Source: an uncultured Ellagibacter sp. (GTDB lineage: Bacteria > Actinomycetota > Coriobacteriia > Coriobacteriales > Eggerthellaceae). Taken from it: DNA of 64,000 bases. Below, one piece after another: positions 1 through 8,769 of this stretch. The stretch lies in the NCBI RefSeq assembly GCF_934617235.1, contig NZ_CAKTTZ010000007.1, positions 4,983-68,982 on the forward strand, given 5' to 3'. Every line of letters starts with the position of its first letter. Within the stretch, counting starts at the first letter, position 1. The notes beneath the pieces were generated by a model. The model saw nothing but the letters and a program-made list of their open reading frames with translations. It had not been told where the DNA came from and ran no database searches. Both the position numbers and the translations under genes were made by a program.

Positions 1-488
1 CCGACGATGCCGACGTGGAGGCCTTCGAGCCTGCCGAAACGCTCGCGAATCGTGTACAGGTCGAGGAGCGCTTGCGTAGGATGCTGATGCTTGCCGTCAC
101 CTGCGCAAATAACGGAAACGCCTGAGACATCGGCGACTTTGCGCGGAGCGCCTGCGTGCTTGTCGCGCACGACGATGGCGTCGATCTTGTACGAGCAGAG
201 CGTCTGCACGGTGTCGCGTAAGCTCTCGCCCTTCACCGTGGAGGTGGATGACCCGCCGAAATTGAGCGTGTCGCACGACAGGCGCTTCTCGGCGAGTTCG
301 AAGGAGGAACGCGTGCGGGTCGAAGGCTCGTTGAACATGTTCACGACCGTGAAACCCTTAAGCGTCGGTACCTTCTTGATGCGCCGCTCGTTCACCGCGC
401 GGAAGCTCGCCGCAGTGTCGAGAATGCGCGTGATGTCTTCTGCAGAGTAGTCGGAGATGTTGATGAGGTGCTTGTGGTTGAAAGCCAT
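1..488 (-). CDS. pyrB: Aspartate carbamoyltransferase catalytic subunit (5' part, runs off window edge)
   Basis: Manual translation from ATG at 488: MAFNHKHLINISDYSAEDI...FNEPSTRTRSSFE...KGESLRDT...AGDGKHQHPTQALLD (ATCase motifs); directly downstream of pyrR. Confidence 0.95.
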   Translation of the reverse strand, partial: MAFNHKHLINISDYSAEDITRILDTAASFRAVNERRIKKVPTLKGFTVVNMFNEPSTRTRSSFELAEKRLSCDTLNFGGSSTSTVKGESLRDTVQTLCSYKIDAIVVRDKHAGAPRKVADVSGVSVICAGDGKHQHPTQALLDLYTIRERFGRLEGLHVGIV

Positions 489-491
489 TGC

Positions 492-1100
492 CTACGCCTC
501 CTTTTCCTGATCGTGCTCGATACCAAGCGGAGCCGAGCCAGCGCGATCGCCGGGCGCCATTTCAAGAACCTCGACAGCGGAGACGCCATCGACTTCCTCC
601 AGGAAAAGGCGAACGTTCTCGTGCGATGACGAGGGCACGTTCTTGCCGACGAAATCGGCGCGGATGGGAAGCTCGCGATGGCCTCGGTCGACAAGGACCG
701 CAAGCTGCACGCAGGAGGGGCGGCCGAAATCGCTTAACGCGTCGAGCGCAGCGCGGATGGTGCGGCCAGTGAACAAGACATCGTCGACAAGAACGACGGT
801 GAGCCCGTCGATGCCGAAGCGGATGTCGGTTGAGTGAACCTCTGGGGAAAGGTGCGTCGCGAAGTCGTCGCGGTAGAAGCTGATGTCGAGCGCGCCGAGC
901 GGAACGTCCGTGCCCTCGATCTGCTTGATCTTGCTCGCGAGGCGATGGGCGAGCAAGTCGCCACGGGTGAGGATTCCCACCAAAGCGATGTTCGAGGCGC
1001 CGTGATTGGCCTCTAAGATCTGGTGCGCGATGCGCGTGAGCGATCGCTCGATTTCGTCTGCGTCCATACAGACGGATTTCACTGTAGTTGAATCTGTCAT
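492..1100 (-). CDS. pyrR: Pyrimidine regulatory protein / uracil phosphoribosyltransferase
   Basis: [48 protein letters not shown] motifs; ATG at 1100 chosen. Confidence 0.96.
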   Translation of the reverse strand: MTDSTTVKSVCMDADEIERSLTRIAHQILEANHGASNIALVGILTRGDLLAHRLASKIKQIEGTDVPLGALDISFYRDDFATHLSPEVHSTDIRFGIDGLTVVLVDDVLFTGRTIRAALDALSDFGRPSCVQLAVLVDRGHRELPIRADFVGKNVPSSSHENVRLFLEEVDGVSAVEVLEMAPGDRAGSAPLGIEHDQEKEA

Positions 1101-1182
1101 TCGCACCCTCTTCTGGTCAGGGATGCAGGCAGACCGCTCGGTTCTGCGATAACGCGCTTCCGTAGTGGGGAAACGCTCGCGC

Positions 1183-1217
1183 TCCTTGTCGGTCTCTCTG
1201 TACCGCTTTTAAAGGAC
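1183..1217 (-). promoter_or_regulatory. PyrR-binding RNA stem-loop in pyrR leader
   Basis: Minus strand UCCUUUAAAAGCGGUACAGAGAGACCGACAAGGA resembles the PyrR binding loop (CUUUAA..CAGAGAG..AAGG); TATACT -10 at 1226-1231 just upstream. Confidence 0.8.
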
Positions 1218-1264
1218 TGCACGCAAGTATAGGGCAGCTTCGCACAACGCGAAACCCCGAAATG

Positions 1265-2539
1265 CTACATTGGCGGAAAACGCACGATTAGATAGATGGC
1301 TGACACAGCGACCGTCGCGAGCATCGTGGGAAAGCCGACCTTGAAGAAGTGCGCGAACGTGATGACGTGGCCGTTCTTGCGCGATATGTCAGACATGACG
1401 ACGTTCGCCGACGCGCCGATCAAGGTGCCGTTTCCGCCGAGGCAGGCTCCGAGCGAGACCGCCCACCACAGGGGCGCGACGTCCATGCCGGTCGCCTCCA
1501 TGGAGAGCAGGATCGGGATCATCGTGGCGACGAAGGGGATGTTGTCGAGGAAGCTCGAGATGATGGCGGAGGCGAAGAGCAGCACGAGCATGGCGACGAA
1601 GGTCGAGCCGCCCGTGACGTCGATCAAGGCCTGCGCGAGCATGCCGATGACGCCGACCTCCGAGAGCGCGCCCACGATGATGAACAGGCCCGCGAAGAAG
1701 ACGAGCGTCGTCCACTCGACGTGCGCGAGCGCCTCCTCGATGCGCTCGCCCGAGATCAGCATGAGGACGCCCGCCGCGGTGAGGGCGACGACGCAGGACT
1801 CGATGCCGAGCGAGCCGTGGGCCATGAAGCCCACGACGACGAGGACGATCATGACGACGCTCTGGCGCAGAAGGATCGGGTTCTTGATCTGCTCGCGCTC
1901 GTCGAGGCCCGCGAGCGCGTCTTTGTGCGCGTCGTCGACATGGAGCTTTCGGCCGAAGAGCAGGTAGAACAGGGCGAGCATCACGGCGAGCGAGAGCAGC
2001 GCCGCCGGGGTGTCGTAGACGACGAAGTCGACGAATGAGTAGCCCGCCGCCGAGCCGATCATGATGTTGGGCGGGTCGCCGATCAGCGTCGCCGTGCCGC
2101 CGATGTTGGAGGCCATGATCTCGGCGAGGAAGAACGGCACCGCGTCGATGTCAAGCAGGCGGCACACCGTGATGGTCATGGGGCCGATGAGCAGCACCGT
2201 CGTCACGTTGTCGAGCAGCGCCGAGAGCACGGCGGTCAGGCAGACGAACAGCACCATGACGTGCCAAGGGTTGCCCTTCGCGAGGCGCGCGCACTTGATG
2301 GCGAGGTACTCGAAGATGCCCGAGAGCTTCACCACGGCGACGAAGAGCATCATGCCCAGGAGCACGCCGAGCGTGTTGAAGTCGACGTGGCTCATGGCCT
2401 GGTCGAAGGTGACGACGTGAACGACGAGCAGGATCATCGCGCCGACGATGGCGACGAGCGCGCGGTGCACCTTCTCCGACATGATGGCGACCATCGCGAC
2501 GACGAACACCACCACGGCCACGATTTGCATCAAATCCAT
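1265..2539 (-). CDS. ArsB/NhaD (P-protein-like) ion/anion permease
   Basis: Highly hydrophobic; LSALLDNVTT, SNIGGTATLIGDPPNI, SSFLDNIP, LGGNGTLIGASAN signatures. Confidence 0.88.
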   Translation of the reverse strand: MDLMQIVAVVVFVVAMVAIMSEKVHRALVAIVGAMILLVVHVVTFDQAMSHVDFNTLGVLLGMMLFVAVVKLSGIFEYLAIKCARLAKGNPWHVMVLFVCLTAVLSALLDNVTTVLLIGPMTITVCRLLDIDAVPFFLAEIMASNIGGTATLIGDPPNIMIGSAAGYSFVDFVVYDTPAALLSLAVMLALFYLLFGRKLHVDDAHKDALAGLDEREQIKNPILLRQSVVMIVLVVVGFMAHGSLGIESCVVALTAAGVLMLISGERIEEALAHVEWTTLVFFAGLFIIVGALSEVGVIGMLAQALIDVTGGSTFVAMLVLLFASAIISSFLDNIPFVATMIPILLSMEATGMDVAPLWWAVSLGACLGGNGTLIGASANVVMSDISRKNGHVITFAHFFKVGFPTMLATVAVSAIYLIVRFPPM

Positions 2540-2689
2540 ACCTCTACCCCACTTGTGCCGTGAATTGCAAAAACGTTCGGCATTATAGGAGTCTTTTGTT
2601 TCGAACGTGCTAACAAGTCCCGGCGATATTCCGTAAGTGGGGGCGCTCTTTCCGAGAGGGGTGCTTTTAGGAGACGAAGTACTAAGCCT

Positions 2690-3505
2690 CTATTCGCCGA
2701 AGAATGCACGCGCCGTGCGAGCTGCGGGGAGGTTCTTCCCGTTGTCCGCCGCGAAACGCATGCAACCCGCCGCAGCATCCCTGTTGCCCGCTGCAGCGTG
2801 AAGTTCACCTTCCTTGGAAGCGTAAACGACGCGCAGGCGCAGGCACTGGTCGTGGTTGTCCCAGATGGAGCGATACAGGCCAATAAGCTTTGGGGAATCG
2901 CCCGCACGTTCCGCCTCAGCGACTTCGCGCGACCACGAAAGGTACGCGCCACGCTGCTTCGTGATGAAGTCGTCCTCCAAGTTCGGCAGGGAAAGCGCCT
3001 CATCGATAAGGGCAATCACGCGATCGTTGTCGAAAAGGCTCTTCACAAGGGGAACGAGATCGGCATAGAGCGCGAGCTTGATCTCGTCAGTCGGTGCAGT
3101 TTTCACGCTGTCTTGGATCATGAGGCCGATCTTCGCCGCTTCGCTGTTCTTGCCATCGTTGATAAGCGCGCACGCATAGAAGGAAAGAAACCAAGCGGGA
3201 AGCTCTCCCAGGGGCGGCTCTGCGGATTGCGCAATCTTCGACGAGCCCGCGAGGAACGCGTCGACATTGCAGTCGTCGTTGTAGAGCGACACGAGACTCT
3301 CGAGCTTCGACTGCGCGGCGCGCGCGAACAGCCTCGTGAAGATGAAAAGGCCGGCGAGCAGAAGCACAACGGAAGCCCCAGCGCCCGCTGCGGTGAAACC
3401 CATCGCGCGGCCTTCGATGTTCGACCAGACGAAAACCACGGCAAGCGGAATCGCAACCGCAATGGCGCATGCGGCAATCTCATATCGCTTGAAGTATGTG
3501 AGCAT
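2690..3505 (-). CDS. Hypothetical membrane protein (2 N-terminal TM segments, helical possibly TPR-like C-terminus)
   Basis: ATG at 3505 (MLTYFKRY...) follows GGAAGG; the longer track ORF would overlap tRNA-Sec. Confidence 0.65.
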   Translation of the reverse strand: MLTYFKRYEIAACAIAVAIPLAVVFVWSNIEGRAMGFTAAGAGASVVLLLAGLFIFTRLFARAAQSKLESLVSLYNDDCNVDAFLAGSSKIAQSAEPPLGELPAWFLSFYACALINDGKNSEAAKIGLMIQDSVKTAPTDEIKLALYADLVPLVKSLFDNDRVIALIDEALSLPNLEDDFITKQRGAYLSWSREVAEAERAGDSPKLIGLYRSIWDNHDQCLRLRVVYASKEGELHAAAGNRDAAAGCMRFAADNGKNLPAARTARAFFGE

Positions 3506-3612
3506 GAAATTCGCCTTCCCGTCATTTGTTTTGAAGCAGTGTAGCCTAATCGTGCCGCCATAGGCACGAACCTCACGAGTTCGATATGCGAATGGGCAAG
3601 CAGCGCCGACCG

Positions 3613-3644
3613 AAAAAGAGAAAAGGGACCCCGCGGAGTCCCTT
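3613..3644 (-). terminator. Intrinsic terminator after selC
   Basis: AAGGGACTCCGCGGGGTCCCTT hairpin followed by TTCTCTTTTT on the minus strand. Confidence 0.75.
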
Positions 3645-3656
3645 GCAAGTTGCAAC

Positions 3657-3753
3657 TGGCGGAGATGCGTGCGAATCGAACACACCCGAGACGTTCTGCG
3701 CGCCTCACAACGGCTTTGAAGGCCGCGGGGCCCACCAGGACCCATCCATCTCC
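3657..3753 (-). tRNA. selC: tRNA-Sec (anticodon UCA)
   Basis: GGAGATGG..GGCCTTCAAAGCC (loop CUUCAAA)..long variable arm..GTTCGATTC..CATCTCCGCCA; 97 nt with encoded CCA. Confidence 0.95.
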
Positions 3754-3784
3754 AAAAGAAAACTCAATTTTTTGCAGCCCGCCT

Positions 3785-3813
3785 ATTCTACCGTATGCGA
3801 CCGCAATACCCAA
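3785..3813 (-). promoter_or_regulatory. Putative sigma70 promoter for selC
   Basis: TTGGGT-N17-TAGAAT on the minus strand about 30 bp upstream of the tRNA. Confidence 0.5.
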
Positions 3814-4031
3814 TAATCAAAATGCAGTAGCTAAAATTACCTGCCGATGACATTATCGCGAAAGATTTCGATTGTGTCCAATCATTGCGCACGTGAGGTT
3901 GACGGACACGAGCACTGAGGAATTCGAATCCGCAAAATCGCCACTCGGTTAACGCGTCTGCGGGATACATTCAATTTGGCGTTCGCGCAGGAAAACAAGA
4001 TGAAAGCAGGGAAAACGCCGGATATGGTGGG

Positions 4032-4071
4032 GTGTTATTGTATACTGTTCATGACACAAAACCTGACACAA
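4032..4071 (+). promoter_or_regulatory. TA promoter/operator region
   Basis: TATACT at 4041-4046, TGACACAA direct repeats at 4052 and 4064, inverted GTGTTA at 4032; GGAGG RBS follows. Confidence 0.5.
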
Positions 4072-4087
4072 CGGAGGTTTTGCCCAC

Positions 4088-4354
4088 ATGGATAAATCGA
4101 TCATCCACGTAAGAGTCGACGAGAACCTCAAGGAACAAGCCGAAGCCCTTTTCTCATCAATGGGAACGAGCATGTCTGAGGCTATCAGGATTTTCCTCAA
4201 GCAGTGCATCCTCGACCAGAAGTTTCCCTTCCAAATTAAAAGCTGCGCGCAAAAAGGCGAGAATTCCGCTTACGGCTTTTTGAAGCTCTACTCGAAACCA
4301 ATCACCCGCGATCAGGAGCGAGAAGCCTGGATCTCCTCGTTGGCGAAGAAATGA
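4088..4354 (+). CDS. RelB/DinJ-family RHH antitoxin
   Basis: IHVRVDENLKEQAEALFSSMGTSMSEAIRIFLKQ...FPF pattern; ATGA overlap with next gene. Confidence 0.85.
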   Translation: MDKSIIHVRVDENLKEQAEALFSSMGTSMSEAIRIFLKQCILDQKFPFQIKSCAQKGENSAYGFLKLYSKPITRDQEREAWISSLAKK

Positions 4355-4713
4355 TTACCGTACTCGACGAAAGCGCCATCCTTCGCTACCTGCTGGATGA
4401 CGAAAGGAAAAAAGCCCGCGAAGTTGCCGAAGTCATCAAGTCCGGCCAAGCATATTCCTACCCCGAAATCTTCGCTCGCGTGGCGGTCACCCTGCGCGAC
4501 GTGTATCAGGTGCCCCGCTCGCTTATCAGCGAAGCGCTTCTTACGCTGCTAAACGATATTTGCGTAGGCGAAGAGGACATCGTGCGTTACGCGACGCGTC
4601 TGTTCGGAACAACGCTGTTCGATTACATCGACTGCCTGCTCGTGGCGCGAAATCACCTGTACGAGCACGATGTCATCACCTTCGACAAACCGCTCATCAA
4701 ACATATGATGTAG
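4351..4713 (+). CDS. PIN-domain (VapC-like) toxin
   Basis: VLDESAILRYLLDD start, DYIDCLL, ITFDKPL acidic PIN motifs. Confidence 0.82.
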   Translation: MITVLDESAILRYLLDDERKKAREVAEVIKSGQAYSYPEIFARVAVTLRDVYQVPRSLISEALLTLLNDICVGEEDIVRYATRLFGTTLFDYIDCLLVARNHLYEHDVITFDKPLIKHMM

Positions 4714-4811
4714 GTTTATTCGTTTAACAGTACGACTTCTCGAGATTCTCAAGGACGTCCGATACCGTCAGCGTGTAGTTGTCTACGTCTGAAATCCCTG
4801 TGCGGTTCCCC

Positions 4812-5282
4812 TTAGCCCTCTTCACCGACGAAGCGATAGTCCTCCCATCCTTCGTTGGCGGAAATACGCTCGAAGAGCTCTTTGACCGACTCTCGCACCG
4901 CCGGGGTAAGCGGTGCGAAAAAGGTCGTATCAGCTGGTTGAATACCGAGGAACACGACGCGTTTTGCCATGCTCTCGATTTCACCCAGCAAAAAGGTGAT
5001 GGGAAGCGCGTGCGTCGAGATCAGGCAGTTCGTCGCGACGTCACCGGCGCTGAGATTGCGAACGGCGCCTGGCGGAAGGCCCATGTCGGCGGCATCGAAC
5101 ACGAGAACCGTGTCAGGCTCAAGCCGCCTGATCACGCCCAACTCGTCTTCGGGACACTGCCCGCCGTCGATCACCGACCAGCCATCAACCGGCGAGTCGG
5201 TCATCATCTTGGCCAAAAGCGGCCCTGCGGCATCATCGCCGCGGAGCACGCTGCCAACCGCCAAAAGCACGTTACTGCCCAT
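4812..5282 (-). CDS. hycI: Hydrogenase maturation peptidase
   Basis: VGSVLRGDDAAG, DGGQCPE, DAADMG, STHALP motifs; last gene of the hydrogenase operon. Confidence 0.92.
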   Translation of the reverse strand: MGSNVLLAVGSVLRGDDAAGPLLAKMMTDSPVDGWSVIDGGQCPEDELGVIRRLEPDTVLVFDAADMGLPPGAVRNLSAGDVATNCLISTHALPITFLLGEIESMAKRVVFLGIQPADTTFFAPLTPAVRESVKELFERISANEGWEDYRFVGEEG

Positions 5283-5706
5283 CGGTCAATCTCCCCATCA
5301 TGTACATTGCGGTCTGGGTCCTTACTTCCTCAAGAAGATCGAGGAATTGGGTGAGCCACGTAATCTCGCCCGCATAGAGCTTCGACGTTTTCTGAAGGTA
5401 GAGTGATTGGAGCTCCTTCTTCAACGCTTTGCTCAAAGTGGGCACGTGCACCTTGTCGATCTGTATCTCCCCGAAGCGCATGATGCCCTCGAGCTTGTAG
5501 CGGGCCTCGGCCGAATCGAGGTGAGACACAATCGAGCGATAGGTGTCCATCGAGCAGGACAAACACGGGCTCAAGCAATCAGCCACGCCCGTGTGATGCC
5601 CGACAGAAAGCGTGTAGTACATGATGTTGCTAACCTCTTCGGGGATGTCGACCGCGCTATCGACAAACTTAGCTGTTAGACGGTAGAACACTACTTTCTT
5701 TTCCAT
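5272..5706 (-). CDS. hycH: Formate hydrogenlyase maturation protein HycH/HyfJ
   Basis: VFYRLTAKFVD, YYTLSVGHHTGVADC, KLEGIMRFGEIQID motifs. Confidence 0.88.
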   Translation of the reverse strand: MEKKVVFYRLTAKFVDSAVDIPEEVSNIMYYTLSVGHHTGVADCLSPCLSCSMDTYRSIVSHLDSAEARYKLEGIMRFGEIQIDKVHVPTLSKALKKELQSLYLQKTSKLYAGEITWLTQFLDLLEEVRTQTAMYMMGRLTDGQ

Positions 5707-6496
5707 GCCCGTCCCCTATCGTCCTCGCCAACAAGATACCCTTGAGTTCCTCGTAGACTTCAGCTCGACGCGGATCGTCTTGCGTAGCGATCAGGTCGTT
5801 GACGCTCAATAGAACATCGTCGCTGTGCTCGAGGGCCCCCATGAATCCGTCGACAAGATCTCTGCCGTATCGGTAACCCGACATCCTGCGAGCTTCTCGT
5901 TCAAGTTCCACGCGGAGCTTGTAGGGAATATCGGGAAAAGCGATGGGGGCAACTTCCCCTTCGCCCTCGAAGTGATGAGTGGCATGCTGCTTCTGAGCCA
6001 ACTTGCCAAGCGCCATCGCGAAACCGTACACCGTCTGGCCCGGTGTCGGAGGACAGCCCGGAATGTAGACGTCCACCGGCAAGAGCTTGTCGGTTCCGCC
6101 CCACACGCAATAGTTGTCGTGGAAGATTCCGCCCGTGCATCCGCAGGCACCGTACGAAACGATGATCTTCGGATCAGGAGCAGCATCATAAGCCCTGATG
6201 GCAGGCATGCGCATGGAACGAGTGATCGCGCCCGTGTAAACCAGGATGTCCGCATGACGCGGCGTCGGAACAACCTTGATACCGAATCGCTCGACGTCGA
6301 ACACGGGGGTGATGCTCGCGAAAATCTCGATTTCGCACGCATTGCATCCGCTGCAGTCAACGCGATACACATATACCGAGCGCTTGATGTCGCTGAGCAG
6401 CTTTCCCTTCGCCTTCGCGACTTCGGCATCAACAACCTTGCGATCAAGGCGCACCTGAAGCTCTTCCGGAATCTCTTTCATAACCATAAAACTCAC
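5669..6496 (-). CDS. hyfI: Group 4a [NiFe]-hydrogenase small subunit (HycG/HyfI)
   Basis: RVDCSGCNACEIE, PRHADIL, GACGCTGG, VDVYIPGCPP. Confidence 0.92.
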   Translation of the reverse strand: MSFMVMKEIPEELQVRLDRKVVDAEVAKAKGKLLSDIKRSVYVYRVDCSGCNACEIEIFASITPVFDVERFGIKVVPTPRHADILVYTGAITRSMRMPAIRAYDAAPDPKIIVSYGACGCTGGIFHDNYCVWGGTDKLLPVDVYIPGCPPTPGQTVYGFAMALGKLAQKQHATHHFEGEGEVAPIAFPDIPYKLRVELEREARRMSGYRYGRDLVDGFMGALEHSDDVLLSVNDLIATQDDPRRAEVYEELKGILLARTIGDGHGKESSVLPSNS

Positions 6497-7011
6497 TTCC
6501 TTTCAAGCTTCACGCCCTGCATATCGAGGGTATGCTTCCGTTTACAATCGAGGCAAACGCCCACGTTTTCGTAAGCTGCACCGTCGTTGCCGATACGCTC
6601 GAGCAACGCGGCTGCGTACTCGACCTCCTTACGAGGGGCGAAGTACTGGCCGCACTCGGAGCATCTCTGCAGTTTGAAGGTGCAGGTATCGGTCAGGTCG
6701 TCTTTCGACATGACGGCGAGTTCGAATTCGGGCGTCAGCTTGATTGCGCCAGTCGGGCACCTTTCCTCACAGCGGCCGCAGAAAATGCAGCGCCCGTAAT
6801 TGATGCTCCAAACGATGGTGCCCTCTTCGGTATCGGCGTCCATCTGAATCGCGTTCGGAGGACATACTGCGGCGCATGCTGCGCACGCAATGCACAACTC
6901 ATGCGTGTGCTCGGGCTTTCCTCGCACATCTTTCGCCTGCTCAAGCGGGGCAAAAGGGTATTTCACCGTGCCTTCGCCCTGTTGCAGGATGTGCTTAAGC
7001 ATCTTTAGCAT
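6493..7011 (-). CDS. hyfH: FHL Fe-S subunit (HycF/HyfH)
   Basis: TVKYPF, CIACAACAAVCP, CIFCGRCEERCP plus a C-terminal CxxC pair. Confidence 0.9.
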   Translation of the reverse strand: MLKMLKHILQQGEGTVKYPFAPLEQAKDVRGKPEHTHELCIACAACAAVCPPNAIQMDADTEEGTIVWSINYGRCIFCGRCEERCPTGAIKLTPEFELAVMSKDDLTDTCTFKLQRCSECGQYFAPRKEVEYAAALLERIGNDGAAYENVGVCLDCKRKHTLDMQGVKLERK

Positions 7012-7026
7012 TCGGCCCTCCTTTCC

Positions 7027-8760
7027 TTAACGAACGACAAGCTCATTCATATCGCGCTTCCTGCAGCTGTCCTCGAACTCCTGTTTCGAGAGGACCTTCT
7101 GCTTGCGCTTCTTCACATCGACGATGGTGACGCGATCGGTGCACGAGTAACACGGGTCGATGCTGCCGATGACAACAGCGGCGTCGGCGATAGTATTCCC
7201 GCGAAGCATCGATCGGAGCACCGGCCAGTTGCTGTACGTCGAGGCCTTAGCGCGCCAGCGATAGCACTTCTGGTTGTCGCCCGTCATCGACCAATGCAGG
7301 TCCTCACCGCGCGGCGCCTCGGTGAAGCCAACGCCGAAGAGGTAGGGCTCATAGCTCCACGATTCGTTGAGAATGGGGCCAGTTGGTGCGCTTTCCAGCC
7401 AGAACTCGATCATATCGATGCTGTCGAAGAACTCGTCGACGCGCACGAGCGTACGGCTTTTCGCATCGCAGCCGTCATACGTACGCGCAGTCTTGTCAGT
7501 CAAGAGCTTATAGCCGTCGAACGGGTGGTCGAATCGCGAATCGCGGGTAAAGCCGCTTCCGCGAACCGTTGGACCGACGGGGCTCCAGTCGCGGGCGACC
7601 TGCTTGTCGAGGATGCCGATGCCAGCCGTACGCTGCTCGAAGTTAGCCGTCGACACGAGCGCATCGAGGAGATGCCTCACTTCCTCGCGCAGCTCGTGCA
7701 GAACCTTGATGGTCTCGAGCTTCTGTTCAGCGAGGATGTCGCGACGAACACCGCCGATAAGGTTCATGCCATAGGTTTTGCGAGCACCAGTCAAAAGCTC
7801 GGCAAGGTCCATCGCCTTCTCGCGGATGCGGAAGAAATGCATGAAGCCCGTGTCAAAGCCAGTGAAATGGCAGACAAGGCCGAGATTGAGCAGATGGGAA
7901 TGCAGACGCTCGACCTCAAGCATGATCGACCTGATAACCTGAGCGCGGAGCGGAATCTCGATTCCCATGGCATGCTCCACCGACTCGGAGTAGGCAACCG
8001 AGTGGGCAAAGCCGCAAATGCCGCAGATGCGATCGGCCAAAAACGGGACACCGTCGTAGGTCATGCGCGATTCGGCAACCTTTTCCATACCGCGATGCAC
8101 ATAAAACATGCGATAGTCGGCGTCGACGATGTTTTCGCCCTCGACGAACAGCCTGAAGTGACCAGGTTCGTCGGAGGTGATATGCAACGGGCCCATAGGG
8201 ATGGTGGTTGTCGAACCCTCAGGAGCGTCGTTCAAGAACTCGTAGTTCTCAAGATCGGTCGTCGTGTTGGGCCGGTGGCGGTAATCCATGGAGTCCTTGC
8301 GCAGCGGATAGAGCCCCTCCGGCCAATCGTCAGGAAGCACCAATCTACGGGGGTCAGGAAGCCCGATAGGAGTCAGGCCGAACATGTCGCGAACCTCGCG
8401 TTCACCCCACATGCAGGCAGGAACGCGCGCCGCCACCGAAGGGAACGTGCCCGGATCGGGATCGACCTCGCTTCGAACAACGAGAATACACGGGTCGGTT
8501 TCTTCCATCGAAAGGACGTAGTAGAGCGCATACTTGCCATTGATGGGACGCTCGTCGTTGCCTACGACAACAGAGAGCCAACCGCCACGGCGATAGTAGA
8601 GATGCTGCACAATATCGGGAGTAGAATCAGCGCGAACCGTAAGGGTGAGCTGCTCATCTGTTTGCCACGTGCTATCAAGCAAAGCACCATGGAAGCGCCG
8701 CTGGACAAATTCGACATGCGACTTACCGCATTTCGATTTGTTGGAACTTTTCTTGCTCAC
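7027..8760 (-). CDS. hyfG: Group 4a [NiFe]-hydrogenase large subunit (HycE/HyfG)
   Basis: GPLHITSDEPGHFRL, RICGICGFAH and DPCYSCTDR Ni-binding motifs, C-terminal extension; GTG start with GGAGG. Confidence 0.95.
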   Translation of the reverse strand: MSKKSSNKSKCGKSHVEFVQRRFHGALLDSTWQTDEQLTLTVRADSTPDIVQHLYYRRGGWLSVVVGNDERPINGKYALYYVLSMEETDPCILVVRSEVDPDPGTFPSVAARVPACMWGEREVRDMFGLTPIGLPDPRRLVLPDDWPEGLYPLRKDSMDYRHRPNTTTDLENYEFLNDAPEGSTTTIPMGPLHITSDEPGHFRLFVEGENIVDADYRMFYVHRGMEKVAESRMTYDGVPFLADRICGICGFAHSVAYSESVEHAMGIEIPLRAQVIRSIMLEVERLHSHLLNLGLVCHFTGFDTGFMHFFRIREKAMDLAELLTGARKTYGMNLIGGVRRDILAEQKLETIKVLHELREEVRHLLDALVSTANFEQRTAGIGILDKQVARDWSPVGPTVRGSGFTRDSRFDHPFDGYKLLTDKTARTYDGCDAKSRTLVRVDEFFDSIDMIEFWLESAPTGPILNESWSYEPYLFGVGFTEAPRGEDLHWSMTGDNQKCYRWRAKASTYSNWPVLRSMLRGNTIADAAVVIGSIDPCYSCTDRVTIVDVKKRKQKVLSKQEFEDSCRKRDMNELVVR

Positions 8761-8769
8761 TTTGGCCTC

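Noticed and set aside
3657..3753. selC as the integration site of the FHL block
   Set aside because: The block lies on the 5' side of the tRNA; no duplicated tRNA 3' end or integrase was seen
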